Of a stretch of 64,000 nucleotides of DNA, positions 25,915 to 39,113 are shown piece after piece. Origin of the DNA: Octopus sinensis (Eukaryota); assembly GCF_006345805.1 (NCBI RefSeq), contig NC_043002.1, positions 41,788,001-41,852,000 of the forward strand. Reading direction: 5' to 3'. The notes below the pieces were generated by a model. That model searched no databases. It saw only the letters and a list, made by a program, of their open reading frames with translations, and had not been told where the DNA came from. The position numbers and the translations under genes are program-made. Each line of letters starts with the position of its first letter. Positions within the stretch are counted from its first letter, which is position 1.

Positions 25915-26450
25915 TATTGATTTCAAATTTTGGCACAAGGCCAGCAAGTTCAGGGGAAGGGTTAGTCGATTATATTGATCCCAGTACTTCACTGGTGCTT
26001 ATTTTATCGACCTAAAATGATGAAATGCAAAGTTAACCTCAGCAGAGGTTTAATTCCACCAAACTTGACTTTGCTTTCATCTTTTCAGGGTTGATAAATA
26101 AAGTACCAGTGGAACACTGGGGTTGATGTAATCAACTAGTCCCCTTCCCAAAAAATTAAAGGCCTTGTGCCTATAGTAGAAAGGATTATTATTATTACCA
26201 TTATTATTATCATCATTATTAGTTAAGGTGGCGCACTGGCAGAATCATTAGCACATCAGGTAAAATGCTTAGCAGCAGTTCATCCGTCTTTACTTTCTGA
26301 GTTCAAATTCCATCGAGGTCAGCTTTGCCTATCATCCTTTTGGGGTCAATAAATTAAGTACCAGTGGAAACATTGGTGCTGATGTAATCGACTAGTCCCC
26401 CTCCCCATAAATTTCAGGCCTTGTGCCTTTAGTAGAAAAGATTATTATTA
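25915..26450. mobile_element. Family B SINEs: head-to-head truncated pair plus a full + copy
   Basis: Minus copy 25915-26045, plus copy 26050-26195, plus copy 26222-26450. Confidence 0.8.
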
Positions 26451-26466
26451 GTTTTAGAATAATATA

Positions 26467-26825
26467 TACAGTAAAACCTCGATATATGAGTTAATTTATT
26501 CCCGGAGACTGCTCGTGAAGCAAAAACTCATAGAGCAAAGCAATAATTTCCAATAGTAGCAATGTTATAAATCGTAATTTATTCCCAGAAAAATATTTTA
26601 CTTATAAAATTTATAATACTCGTAAATAAATGGCAATAAAACAACAGTAGAATGTAAAGAATATTTTATGTGAAATAAAAGGAGTTTCCAGATCATTTAT
26701 GATAAAAATTATTATTATTATTGTTTTCTGAATCACTTTCACTTGTACTAGACTTGTGCACACCATCACTTGTAGATGCTTGGGGTCTCACAAAGCAGGT
26801 CCCCATAAAGTGAGGTATTACTGTA
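26467..26825. mobile_element. pogo/Tigger-type MITE
   Basis: TA-CAGTAAAACCTCG left end and TGAGGTATTACTG-TA right end (imperfect 13-bp TIR, TA TSD). Confidence 0.7.
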
Positions 26826-26829
26826 GTTT

Positions 26830-27430
26830 TTTCACAGTATTAACCTGACCATCAGATGGTCACAATGCACTTCCTATTTTGTCTTGTTTGCATCATTCTT
26901 TTCCATTTTGACCCAAATTGCTTAATTAAATTATCTTCCCATCATCACAGAGGCCTTCCAAGCAGCCTTTTCCTATCTCTTGGATACCACTTGGTAACTG
27001 CACAGATCCACATGTTGTCTGTGAACTTTGCAACACGTCCAGCCCTTCAGAACTTGTGCTTTTGGTATTCTGTGATCACATCATTCACTCCACTCCATTT
27101 TCAAATTATCTCATTTTGAATATGTTCTTGTCATGATATTCCTAGTATGGATCTTTCCATGGTCCTATGCATCATAGCCTGTCAATGATTCTGTCCTCTT
27201 TTTAGTTGCCTATGTCTTATTTATGTATAAGAGCACAGCTAGGCTGGTTCTATTGAAGAGTCTGGCATATTGTCTAGCTTTGTTTTAAGTATATCCTTTA
27301 TTGATTTAAAAGCCTTCCAACCTGCCCTTATTCTCTTTGAGATTTCAGCATCCATATCTCAACTCATATTCACTGTGTGCCCTAAGTAGACATGCTCCTA
27401 TATCTCCTCAATTTCATTACTTCCTACCTA
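26830..27430 (-). mobile_element. RTE-clade LINE, 3' part of RT ORF, degenerate
   Basis: Minus strand reads EHVYLGHTVN..DAEISKRIRAGWKAF..TMERSILGIS..AGRVAKFTDNMW..WYPRDRKRLLGRP..WED, with many stops. Confidence 0.85.
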
Positions 27431-28199
27431 CCTCTATTTGGCTTTATGCTGAATTTAGTCTTATATGAGGGTGAAATAGTAACACAGGAGTGGCCTGTGC
27501 TTATTTACTGGATCAAACAATAATTTTATTTCAATGATATTCTAGATCCAATGGTATAAATTTTATAGATTATACTTTTTCCTCACTGAAATTTAAATCT
27601 ACTTACTGTTTCTTGTTTGTTTTTGTTTTTTTAAATTGTTGCTTTAATGGTCTGACTTATTTCTCTTCTTCTTTAATATTTTTTATTAGTAAATTGAATT
27701 TACATTAATTGATTTTATAACAAACTTTTTCAGACACAGATATATTCCAATAATCCTATCATTTTATATCACTCCAATATTTCAGATATTTATAATAGTT
27801 TCTTATATTAAAAGAATTTCTATACTTACATATTGCATGTATGTAGTTTTTATGATACCAACCATTCTTATAAGGCAAGAAATATGTACATATTTTAAAT
27901 TCTTCTTTTACTGTTTTTTTTTATTTGGGATATATCGACCTTAATGCTTTTTCTTCTTATTTTATTGATCTTCATTTATCTAATTGCTAAGTTTTCCTTT
28001 AGTAGAAATAGCCTTGGCTCACACTGAATTGATGCCACAAAGTATATATAACTGATTTATTTGTAACCAAGACAAAGAGACAAACAGACACACACACATA
28101 CACACACGCATGAGTACATAACATAACACATATGAGGCTTTTGCTTAGTTCTTATCCAAAAATTGCCATGCCATCTGTCCTTTTATTGTCCCCTCTGCT

Positions 28200-28585
28200 C
28201 AACCCCGCTGCCTCAAGCTGGGAAAGGAAACCTGCAGTGTCTAGACTATGCTTTGCACCAAGTTTTTCATTTCATGGTGATAGGCCTCTCGTCTGGGATG
28301 CCACATGCTACGAAACCGTCTCCAATGGCAACCTGATGTATTTGGCTGGCAGTCCAGGCTTCACTGCTCATGAAGGGCAAAATGTCAAAGTATTGGCCTC
28401 CCTCTGACAGATTTGTGGTTGAGCCTGGGGCTGTGGAGACCTAATGTTTTTGGCCCCCAGATTAGATTCCTGCTCTTTGCTATTAGAGCAGAGATGGCTA
28501 TCTGCAAGTGTGTCCCTCATTACCTGGAGTGACTGTTTCAGTACATTTCCCTCGCCATCCTCCAGTGCAACACCATTTTTATTTT
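28200..28585 (+). mobile_element. CRE-like non-LTR retroelement relic (C-terminal restriction-like endonuclease region)
   Basis: PLVWDATCYET..AGSPGFTAHEG..LSDRFVVEPGAVET..GPQIRFLL..LE*LFQYISLAILQCN matches the CRE-clade pattern PLVWDAT..PxAVET.G..FQRISLAIQRGN (from memory). Confidence 0.7.
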
Positions 28586-28738
28586 GTCCACTGAGACCAT
28601 GAGGTGGATTGACAAGGGTTTAGTTAAACAAATCAACTACAGTACTTATTCTATTGGTCTCTTTCACTGAACCATTAAGTTATGTGGGTGTAAGCAAACC
28701 AACACTGGTTGCCAGGTGGTGATGGCAGACACACACAA

Positions 28739-28805
<67 letters not shown>

Positions 28806-30332
28806 CCTGTGTGTGTTTGTATACACACACACACAGATATGTAGTTATAAACTGTACAAAAAACAAAAAAGGTGAGGCAACAGCAAACACGGTGTATTAG
28901 TTTGATGTTCAGGTAAAATGGAAGAGTCTTTGACATTTTGAGCCTTCACTCAAAGGAATTGAATGAGAGAAAACAAATGGAGTGAGAGAAAAAAAAGTGT
29001 CATGTATGTATGTACAATGAGCTTTTTCTTTTTCTGTTCACTCATAAGGCTTTGGTTAGCCTAGGGCTATAGTAAAATATATTTACTCAAGTTGCTATGC
29101 TGGACACTGCATCAGACACATTGATGAAATTGCTAACAAGCTAGTGCTCTGGAATCAAACAGAAGGAAAAACCAGGAGAGGAAGGAGGAAGATGACCTGT
29201 ATCAACAACTTGCTGGGGGATACAGAAGATAGAGATGAATGGGGGGGAAAATGTGTGGAAACAGTCTTGGGTTATCCTGAGGAATGACCTAGATAGATAG
29301 ATGGATGCTATGCAGTGAAACTGAACCCAAGACCACTCTGATTGGGGAGCAAGCTTCTTAGCCACACAGCAATGCCTGCTTCTGTTCCTTCTAACTGGAA
29401 AAAGAAATCTAAAACACAGAAACACTGCGCTTCATTTCTTGTCCATGATGATAAGGCACTTTTCAGTATCCAAAAAAAGATAAGGTGTAAAGTAAAGTGG
29501 TGGTTGTCAGATTAAGGGAAAGGTTGGCACTAAAGCTCTTTACAAGTTTATTCAGTTCACTGAACTTACTCTCTTTGTGTAGCTCTCTCATATCATTCAG
29601 CTGAGAAGGTCTTTTATATGAGAGTTTTCTTTGTGCTCTGTTTTTCTTTCTCACCCACACATACACATTTTTCTTTTTCTTTTCTGGTGGTGGGAGAGAA
29701 GTGCAAAATTACGAATGACTATTGATAACTAATGAAGTGTGAAAGAGAATTTATTAAATCAGGTAAGGGTGTTAATATAAGCAGATATAAACCATTATTA
29801 GTATATTGGATGTAATTTCATTTAATATATATCGCTGGATTGGAAGGAAGATGGTAAGCTGGCAGAATCATTAGTGTGTCAGGTGAAATGCTTTGTGGCA
29901 TTTCTTTTGACTCTACGTTCTAGGTTCAAATTCCATTTAGATCAACTTTGCCTTTCATCCTTTCAGGGTTGATAAAATAAAGTATCGGCTGAGCACCGAG
30001 GGTCAATGTAATCAGCTGTCTTCTCAAAATTTCAGGCCTTGTATCTATAGTAAAAATGTGTGTGTATGATTGATTAAATTGTTAGAGAACGGGACTAAAT
30101 TATATTGCAGCATTAAGCTGCCAATCTTTATACATTCTAGTTTCAAATCTTGCTAATGTCAACCTTCTTTTCTATCCTTTCATGATCAATAAAATACCAG
30201 TCACCTGCTTTTGGCTCAATAACATGGACTAACACTTCTGACAAAATTGACAGCTTTTATTTGTGGAAGTCAGAGCTTAATGTATATTATGGTAGTGTGG
30301 TGGTGATGGCGGCGTTGCTGTTGTAGTGTAGC

Positions 30333-30683
30333 TTACTCTTTACTCTTTTACTTGTTTCAGTCATTTGACTGCGGCCATGCTGAAGCACCGCCTTTAGTCG
30401 AGCAAATCGACCCCAGGACTTATTCTTTGTAAGCTTAGTACTTATTCTATCGATCTCTTTGCCGAACCACTAAGTTATGGGGACACAAACACACACACAC
30501 ATATATATATATATATACATATATATACGACAGGCTTCTTTCAGTGCCAAATCCACTCACAAGGCTTTGGCCAGCCCGAGGCTATAGTAGAAGACACTTG
30601 CCCAAGGTGCCACACAGTGGGACTGAACCCAGATTTATGTGGTTTGTAAGCAAGCTACTTACCACACAGCCACTCCTGCACCT
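30333..30683 (-). mobile_element. SINE family A
   Basis: Reverse complement of family A with internal deletions. Confidence 0.88.
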
Positions 30684-31825
30684 AAATCAACCTTGATTGA
30701 TTATGTTTATGGTCAAAAGCATTTCAGTTATGACCATCTTGTCTTTTTATAGCTGCCTATGTCTACATAGTCCTTATTTTGTGTGAGTTGATATGGAGTG
30801 ATTTGCAGAGAATATTTGGTTACTATTTCCAACAGGTCAAGAAATCACAAAGCGACTCCTTCCTGTTCTATATGTTTATCTTCTAAACCAATTTCTTTTC
30901 CAATGGAAGAGCTTTGTTGAATTTTCATCATTTCATCTTTTTCCAAAGAAAAAAAATAATCTTCAATAATCTGTTTTTCAATGAAAAATAAAAAATATTT
31001 ACATTGAATTTCAGGCACTTTGTTTCTTTGATACTACCCCATTACAATCATATTTCTAATGAAATACATCATGTGTTTCAATTAATTTTAAAAATAACCA
31101 GGATTATGCAAGGATTCGGTAAAGTGACTAAATTTGTCTGGAGTGACTTGACTAAATTAGAACTATGATGGAAATTTTTAATTTAAAATATAAACACTTT
31201 AAATTCGGTGGTTTCTATATCAGTGAAACAGAGGTAGTTTCTGGCAAGTTGGCATCAAAAGAGTTAAAAAAAGAATCTTAATACCATGTTATTTAATCCT
31301 CTGAACATTAGTTTTGAGATGTGTCCTTAGCCATGTCACACACATTATTTTGATGCAGAGCGAACTAACTGTAGCTTGGTAATCTTATTATGATGCTAGT
31401 CAGCCTACTGATAAAATCAAAAGGAAAATAGCCAAGTGGATATGATATTTGACTGCAAGTGCATAGACTGCTAGATTATTCAAATCCCCTGTAGACCACT
31501 CCCTTGCATTTTTCAGCTGGTCACTGCTAAATTCTGTACACCTAACTCAATGAGCTGTTATAAATATTCTCAAAAATTCAATCTGCTGCCAAGAGATTGT
31601 TACAGTCATTAGACATGACACCAAAGACACACACGGACACATCCTTACTTTTCTATGTTAAGTCAGACTCACACTGTGTCTGTTTCTTCATTTGTATTTG
31701 TTTTATTATTATTGTTATTGCTTAGTAGCATTTTGTCCATATTTATATTCTGAGTTCAAATTCCAATGAGATTGACTTTACCTTTCATCCTTTTGGGGTT
31801 GATAAAATAAGTACATATTCTTGCA

Positions 31826-32105
31826 TAGTATATTTAAAATTAGATGGCCCGAACACATAAGCAATATGGAGCTATGGTAAAGAACAAATCAAGTTTTGAT
31901 TAGGGAGCAAATATTTAAGAAAAAGTGGAAGTGGATTAGAAAAGACACACCAAATGTAGCGAAAAATGCTTTACAGTGGAATCTGGATGGATATAGAAGA
32001 GAGGTAGGCCTAAGAACTCATGGAGGAGATCGACACAAAAAGAACTAGAAAATGGGGACATTCATGGCAGAGTATAAGTACAGAAGCGAAAAATTATGCA
32101 ACATG
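31826..32105 (+). mobile_element. RTE LINE C-terminal fragment
   Basis: KIRWPEHISNMELW*RTNQ..KKWKW..ALQWNLDG..RGRPKNSWRR. Confidence 0.8.
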
Positions 32106-32149
32106 GAATTCAATTATAAGTGGCCTATACTCCACTTTGGAGGGTTAAA

Positions 32150-32950
32150 GGCAGAAAAAAAAAAGTACCAGTTGAATACTAGGGTTGATGTAATCAACTT
32201 ATACTCTGTCCTGAAATTATTGGCCTTGTGCCTACAGTAGAAAGGATTATTATTGTTGTTGCTGTTAAGGTGGCAGAATCATTAGCACTCTGGAACAAAT
32301 GCTGAGTAGTATTTCTACTGGATTTATGTCCTGAGTTCAAATTCCTCTGAGGCTGACTTTGTCTTTCATTCTCTAAGGGTTAATAAATTAATCACCGGTC
32401 AAGGACTGGAGTTGATATGATCGATTAGCCCTCATCCCAACCCCAACCCTTAAAATTTCAGGCCTTGTACCTATAGTGAAAAAGATTATTATTATTGACA
32501 AGGCAACAAACTAGCAGAATTGTGAGTACACAGGACAAAATGCCGAACATCGTTTTTTCTGGCTTTCCGTTCTGAGATCAAATTCTGCTATGGTCAACTT
32601 TGCCCTTTCATTCTTTCTAGGGTCTCTGAAATAAAGTACCATTTGAGCACCAAGGGTTGTTATAATCAAGTAGCCTCCTCCTCCAAAATTTCAGGCCTTA
32701 TGCCTATATTAGAAAGAATTATTATAATTACTATAATTATTATTGATTGAGTTCTGAGTTCAAATTCTCCCTAGATCAACTTGGCTTTCCATCTGATTGG
32801 AGGTTGATAAAATAAGTACCTGTGTCATTGGTGTCAGTGTAATCAACTGTATACACCTTTCCCAGAATTTCAGGCCTTTTTTTTTCCGGTGTGGAAAGAA
32901 TAATTATTGACAGGCCCAGAATTATGATTATTATTATTATTATTATTATA
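32150..32950 (+). mobile_element. Head-to-tail cluster of family B SINEs
   Basis: Repeated ctgagttcaaatt..aagtacc..aaaatttcaggcc..(att)n units. Confidence 0.78.
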
Positions 32951-33689
32951 TTATTATTATTATTATCCCATTCACATCTAGTTGATGTTATAATAACTTC
33001 ATGGATAGTTATTTTACTGACATCCTGGCCCCACAAAGACATAAAGCAAAGTCGAGGTCAGCAGGATTTGAACTCTGAAGGTAAATACCACTTACGTTCT
33101 GACCAGTAGCTCTAATGATTCTGTGAAATCACCACCTGTGTGTTGTCAAGCAGAAATTTGCTTTAAATCAAAAGCAGCATATCTTACTGTGTTAAACATT
33201 GGTAGAAATTTATCATACTTTGCTCATACAAGGTTACCAAGAAGGTTTCATATGAAATATATGTTAGGTGCGTGTGTGTGTGTGTGTGTGTGTGTGCATT
33301 GAAGTAAGAGCCTGAGTACTATACATATAGCATTTGTGTGTTTAATTTGACAGAGGAGGTTGCAAACCCCCTGAGGTGTACTGATATGCATGATTGCTCA
33401 GCTAGCAAAATATCTATGCTTCAGTTCTCATTGTTATTTTTTTTTCCTGTTTTATTTTTCTTCTCTCTTGTTATAAATGTAATCTTTTAATATTGTATGT
33501 ATGGAAAATAACTATTATACACACAAACACAGACACATAAAATCATTATCATTTTTTTTTGTGTCTGCTCTCTCCATGTTGGCTTTGTCTGGATGAGGCT
33601 TGTTAAGGCCTTATTTGAGGCCAGTACTTATTTTTTTTAAGCAAGGTACTTCAACTCTACTGCCAATTTAAAGGGAAAAAATTTGACAA

Positions 33690-33960
33690 GTCAGTCAGTC
33701 ACCAGCTGACACTCATTGGCATTACACCGAAGAGGCCAGGGAACAGAAGAAAGAAGACATGCACCCAACACCAGAGCTGAAGACACCTCCGAAAGGGTGA
33801 GCCCCGCCATGTCAAAATGGTAGAGGAGTAGGGGCCGAAACCGGACATGGTTCCTCCTGATGATGTCTTGAGCTAACTGGATCCTATAAAGGAGCTGTTG
33901 TGGTAGCAGACCACGAAACACGGTTGTAATTCCCCATGTTGGTCCTCAGTATAAACTGCA
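33690..33960 (+). mobile_element. Degenerate RTE/RTEX C-terminal relic
   Basis: HQLTLIGITPKRP..W*RSRGRNRTWF..ADHETR resembles RRLxLFGHxAR..WRRPRGRPRxTW..AQDR. Confidence 0.45.
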
Positions 33961-34196
33961 TAAACATGCTGCAACCAATGACCATATGAAGACAAATACA
34001 TGCACACATACACATTTGCACTCCTTTCTACAACACACACACATACACAGACAATGGGCTTCTGTGTTTCTATCTTCCAATGTTCATTCACAAAGTATTA
34101 GTTCAGTCTTAGGTTATAGAAGACTCTTGTCCGTGGTGCCTCCGAGAGGGATCAAAACTGAAACCAAAGTGTATGTGAAGCAAACTTCTTAACCAT

Positions 34197-34246
<50 letters not shown>

Positions 34247-34248
<2 letters not shown>

Positions 34249-34490
34249 CATCATCATTTTAACATCCACATTTCCATGCTTGCATGGGTCAGATGGAATT
34301 CATTGAGACAGATTTTTTGTTTACAACCAGATGCCCTTCCTGTCACCAACACTTACCTGTTGCTAAACAAGGCAATATTCCACCCTTGCTGGACATGTTT
34401 TTCATGGAAGATTGGAAATGAGAAACACTTCTTATATGACAGTCACACTCGTTTACAACTGTCACTTGTTATCAAAGCAAAGTGACATGA
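34247..34490 (-). mobile_element. SINE body variant D with RTE-type tail; copies also at about 8708-8945 and 60372-60600
   Basis: Shared tttccatgcttgcatgggtcag..gatgcccttcctgt..ggtaatattt..ttttcatggaagactggaaa sequence. Confidence 0.7.
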
Positions 34491-34645
34491 ACACAAACAT
34501 ATTCCCCCCCCCCACACACACACACTTGCGTACATACCTGCACATATAAACACACACAAACACACACACACACACACACACATGCATTTACAAGGGACTT
34601 CTTCCAGTTTCCATCTACTAGATCTACTAACGAGTTTTTGGTTAA

Positions 34646-34971
34646 CCTATTTCTTTACTACCCACAAAGGGCTAAACACAGAGAGGGCAAACAAGGACAG
34701 ACAAACGGATTAAGTCGATTATATCGACCCCAGTGTGTAACTGGTACTTATTTAATCGACCCCGAAAGGATGAAAGGCAAAGTTGACCTCCGCAGAATTT
34801 GAACTCAGAACGTAGCGGCAGACGAAATACCTATTTCTTTACTACCCACAAAGGGCTAAACACAGAGAGGACAAACAAGGACAGACAAACGGATTAAGTT
34901 GATTATATCGACTCCAGTGTGTAACTGGTACTTATTTAATCGACTCCGAAAGGATGAAAGGCAAAGTCGAC
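34646..34971 (-). mobile_element. Two tandem young family B SINE copies (184-bp period) nested in a family A SINE
   Basis: Repeat starts cctatttctttactaccc at 34646 and 34830. Family A sequence continues on both sides. Confidence 0.88.
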
Positions 34972-35069
34972 AACCGTGGGCTATAGCTGAAGACACTTGC
35001 TCAAAGTACCATGCTGTGGGATTGAACCCTTAACCATGTGGTTGAGAAACAAACTGTTCAACCATATGG

Positions 35070-35290
35070 CTCAGAAACGTTAGCATGCCGGGCGAAATGC
35101 GTAGCCGTATTTCGTCTGTCGTTACGTTCTGAGTTCAAATTCCGCCGAGGTCGACTTTGCCTTTCATCCTTTCAGGGTTGATAAATAAAGTACCAGTTAC
35201 GCACTGGGGTCGATGTAATCAACTTAATCCGTTTGTCTGTCCTTGTTTGTCTCCTCTATATTTAGCCCCTTGTGGGCAATAAAGAAATAT
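35070..35290 (+). mobile_element. Young family B SINE
   Basis: CpG-rich, near-consensus copy, complementary to 34646-34971. Confidence 0.9.
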
Positions 35291-35744
35291 ATACCTGTAC
35301 ACACACATTTTCTCTTTCTCTTTCTCACACACACTCTCTATTACACATACAAGCTATGTGTGTGTGTGTGTGTGCTATTTTTTAAAGCAATTACCTTATA
35401 ATACTTCCAACAAACAATGAGAGTATCAAGTGCAATAGATACTACTTTATTAATAACAAGAACAGTATGTATCATTGTAGGGTGTAGTAAATGCTACCCC
35501 GATAAACTATAAGGTGTCAGCTTTCTGTAGCATGGCAACCAAGGTAATATACTTTCCATTAAATGTGATGATGGTTAATTTAATTTTGAACCATTCGTAA
35601 CAATGTTGGCAGGGGTGGCTTGGCGACTGTGCTAATTGTGGCGTGAACATATTAACGATATTAATGCTCTACGTTGTTGTTATAATAATAATAATAATAA
35701 TAATAATAGTAATAATAATAGTGATAATAGTTCCAGTGGTGATG

Positions 35745-35895
35745 TCTCTGTTGTTGTTGTTGTTGTTTTGCCTCAAGTCAGCTTTAATCAAATAGACCTG
35801 TGATCAAAGACATTCCAGCTATGAATATATACCATTTCTTATTCAACCGCTCTATGTCTTGAACTGTATTATCGAACATCTTTTCTTTCTCTTCC

Positions 35896-35926
<31 letters not shown>

Positions 35927-36030
35927 CCATATGTGTGTGTTAAGATGGTGGAGAAAGGGAGTATGATGTAAGTGGAAAATTTGTCTGCTATTTCTAGCGG
36001 ATGAATCAATCATAGAGAGAGCCACCATTG
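35745..36030 (-). repeat. Unclassified interspersed repeat family F with (AAC)n tail
   Basis: Shares ggtcagccc..gacctatgatcaaag..ggctgctatttctagc with copies at about 9205-9300, 20280-20440, 30690-30860, 47280-47475, 47905-48090 and 48150-48300. Confidence 0.65.
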
Positions 36031-36609
36031 TTAGCTCATTGTTGCTGTTATATTTACCATTAGTGACTATGTCAGAATTATTATCTCAATGGTGGTAGCA
36101 ACGTACTCGGTGTTGTTATATTAGTGTAATTTGTGAAGTGTTGATATTATTATCTTAGTAGTAATAATAGAATCTCCACTGTTATTTCAATTTTGGTATT
36201 ATTTGTGATGTGTTAGTATTATTTTGGTTGTGGTGGTGGTGGCAGAATTAAATATGAGTAATTGAGGTAGTGATTTGTTAAAGGCAAAATAATGGTTTGT
36301 TATTTTAGTACTAATAATATCATGTTTTTGTAGTCACTATTATTATTGTTATTGGCAGAATCATAAGAATGATGGTAAAAAAGAAAAATACCTTGTGGTA
36401 TTTAGTTACAGTTCTTTTGAGTTCAAACCCCACCAGAGTCAAATATTAGGGGCAATTTACTGGACTAACCCACCCACACCCACTCCCACAACCAAACTTT
36501 GGGCCTTGTGCCTGTGCTTGAATCACATCATCATCATTTAATGTCTGTTTTTCATGCTGGCATGGGTTGGACAGCTTGACAAGAACTGGCAAGGCCAGAG
36601 GTAACACCA

Positions 36610-37910
36610 GGTTTTAGGGCTGTGAATTGGCAGAATCATTAAAGTGTTGGGTAAAATGCTTTGTGATATTTAGTTTGGTCTCTTTATGTTCTGAGTTCAA
36701 ATCTTGCCATGGTCAACATTGCTTCTCATACACCATTGCTGGCCTTTATCTTAAATAAACAAAATTCTTATTCTTCTAATTATTATTATTATTATTATTA
36801 TTATTACTGTTATGGTGGTGAGCTGGCAGAATTGTTAGCGTGCCAGGCAACATACTTAGTGGCATTTTGTCTGTCTTCACATTCTGAGTTCAAATTCTGC
36901 TGAGGTCAACTTTTCCTTTCATCATTTTGATGTCATTAAAATAAGTACCAGTTGAGTGCTGGGGGTTGATGTAAACAACTTACCCCACCCCAGAAGTTGC
37001 TGGTTTTGTGCCAAAATTTGAAACCATCATTATTATTATTAAGGTGGTAAGCTGACTAAATCATTATGTCCATCGTCATGTTCTGAGTTCAAATGCTGCC
37101 AGAGTTGACTCTTCCTTTCATCCTTTCAGGGTCAATAAAATAAGTACCAGTTGAGTACTGGGGCCCAATAAAATTGACTATCCCTTCCCCCAAATTTCAG
37201 GTCTTGTGCTTATTGTAGAAAGGATAATTATTATTATTATTATCATCAGTCAGTGAGCTAGTAGAATCATTAGCATAATGAGTCAGAAGAAATGCTGTTA
37301 AACATTTTGAGTTCAAATTCCACCTGAGTCAACTTTGCTTTTCATTCTTCTGGGTTCATTAAAATACATAGTCAAGTGCTGGGGTTAATCATCATCATCA
37401 ATGTCAATATTAATGGCCTTGTGTCAAAATTAGAAAGAATTATTCTTATAACCAAAAGTGTTGTAAATGGCTTAATTAGTAGAGCATCAGACAAAATGTC
37501 TTGTGGTGCTTTATTACATCCTTGTACTTCAAATATTGCCACAGGGTTTCATCTTTGCATTTCATCCTCACAGTTGGTAAAATAAACACTGATGAAGTGC
37601 TGGACCTAAAAAATTATTTAGATCCCTTTCCTTCCCTGTGAATTTATTATCTTGGACCTATTCTAGAAATCTCTATAATTATTATAGCTGTGGCAAGTTG
37701 GCAGAATTGTTAGAGTGTTGGACAACAAGCCTTGCAGTGTTTTTTCCAACTTTTTACATTCAGAGTTCAAATTTCACTGAGGTCAACATTGCTTTTCATC
37801 CTTTCAAGTTCAATAGAATAATTACCATTTTAGGACTGGGGATGATGCAATCAACTAACCCCTCCCACTAAAATTGTTGGCCTTGTGTCAATATTTAAAA
37901 CAATATTGCT
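36610..37910 (+). mobile_element. Head-to-tail cluster of about 5 family B SINEs separated by (ATT)n
   Basis: Heads at about 36612, 36812, 37040, 37250 and 37685. Confidence 0.8.
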
Positions 37911-38709
37911 GCAGTGATTCTCAGTAGGTTGGGTAACTATGACAGCCAATCATATAGCAGATTGCTTCCCCATTTGCAGCATGAAAGAATTTTGTATTGA
38001 TAGAGTCTGTCTGATTGAGTCAAAACAGCATGGTATGACCAGATGAGTACATGCTTTTTTATTTAAGCCATAAGCATCAGCTTACTTTTTGATGGTAGTT
38101 CCTCTATGTGGTTACAGCCAATTGTCTGAACTCAGCAAAAACGGAAAAAGTGTATTTAACATTATCCCTTGTCGTTCTAAGTTCAAACCGTAAAGGGGTC
38201 AGCTTTGCTTTTTGCTTTCCATCCTTTTAAGATAAACGAAAGGGACCAAGGCTGCTTCAGACAGTGATGTCTTTCTTGTAAAACTTGAAGACCTTGTAAT
38301 CAGTGTGAGAAATAACTGTTTTTATTGTGAATAATAATGATCATAATTAAAGAATTATGCAGTATATTTATATACTTTGAGCATGTATTGGGTTAAGATT
38401 ATTTGCAAGTTATAAGCTTCATCTTTAGAGTGTATTTTTACATCTGCACTGAGTTTTAACCAATTTCATTTCCAATCATTATCTGATGTGTATCAGAGTA
38501 GGTTTAAACCAAGGACCTTTATTTCAAAACCAACTGTTATGCATCCAGGAACAGAACACCTTTATAACAACTGGAGGTTAATCAGAATGGAGTGCATTGT
38601 AAATATAGTAAGCATACATTATTAAAGATGAGGTTACTAGTTTGAGAAATTATTTTGTTAAACACTATTACTATTCTGAAACAATTAGACATTTAAAATT
38701 ATATATATA

Positions 38710-39113
38710 GGAGCAGGAGTGGCTGTGTGGTAAGTAGCTTGCTTACCAACCACATGGTTCTGGGTTCAGTCCCACTGCGTGGCACCTTGGGCAAGTATCT
38801 TCTACTATAGCCTCGGGCCGACCAAAGCCTTGTGAGTGGATTTGGTAGACGGAAACTGAAAGAAGCCTGTCGTATATATGTATATATATGTGTGTGTGTG
38901 TTTGTGTATCTGTGTTTGTCCCCCCAACACTGCTTGACAACGGATGCTGGTGTGTTTATGTCCCTGTAACTTAGCAGTTCGGCAAAAGAGACCGATAGAA
39001 TAAGTACTAGGCTTACAAAGAATAAGTCCTGGGGTCAATTTGCTTGACTAAAGGCGGTGCTCCAGCATGGCCGCAGTCAAATGACTGAAACAAGTAATAG
39101 AGAGAAAAGAGAG
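38710..39113 (+). mobile_element. SINE family A (near-complete)
   Basis: Highly similar to 15737-16140. Confidence 0.9.

Noticed and set aside
27700-27900. Faint resemblance on the minus strand to a Penelope GIY-YIG C-terminus (LCLxxKF)
   Set aside because: Extremely AT-rich with many stops; indistinguishable from chance without an HMM search.
33770-33935. Two alternating CTGAnGA...CGAAAC pairs resembling tandem hammerheads
   Set aside because: Stem I cannot be formed for either pair, and the region reads as an RTE/RTEX C-terminal relic (W*RSRGRNRTW), which explains cgaaac as codons.
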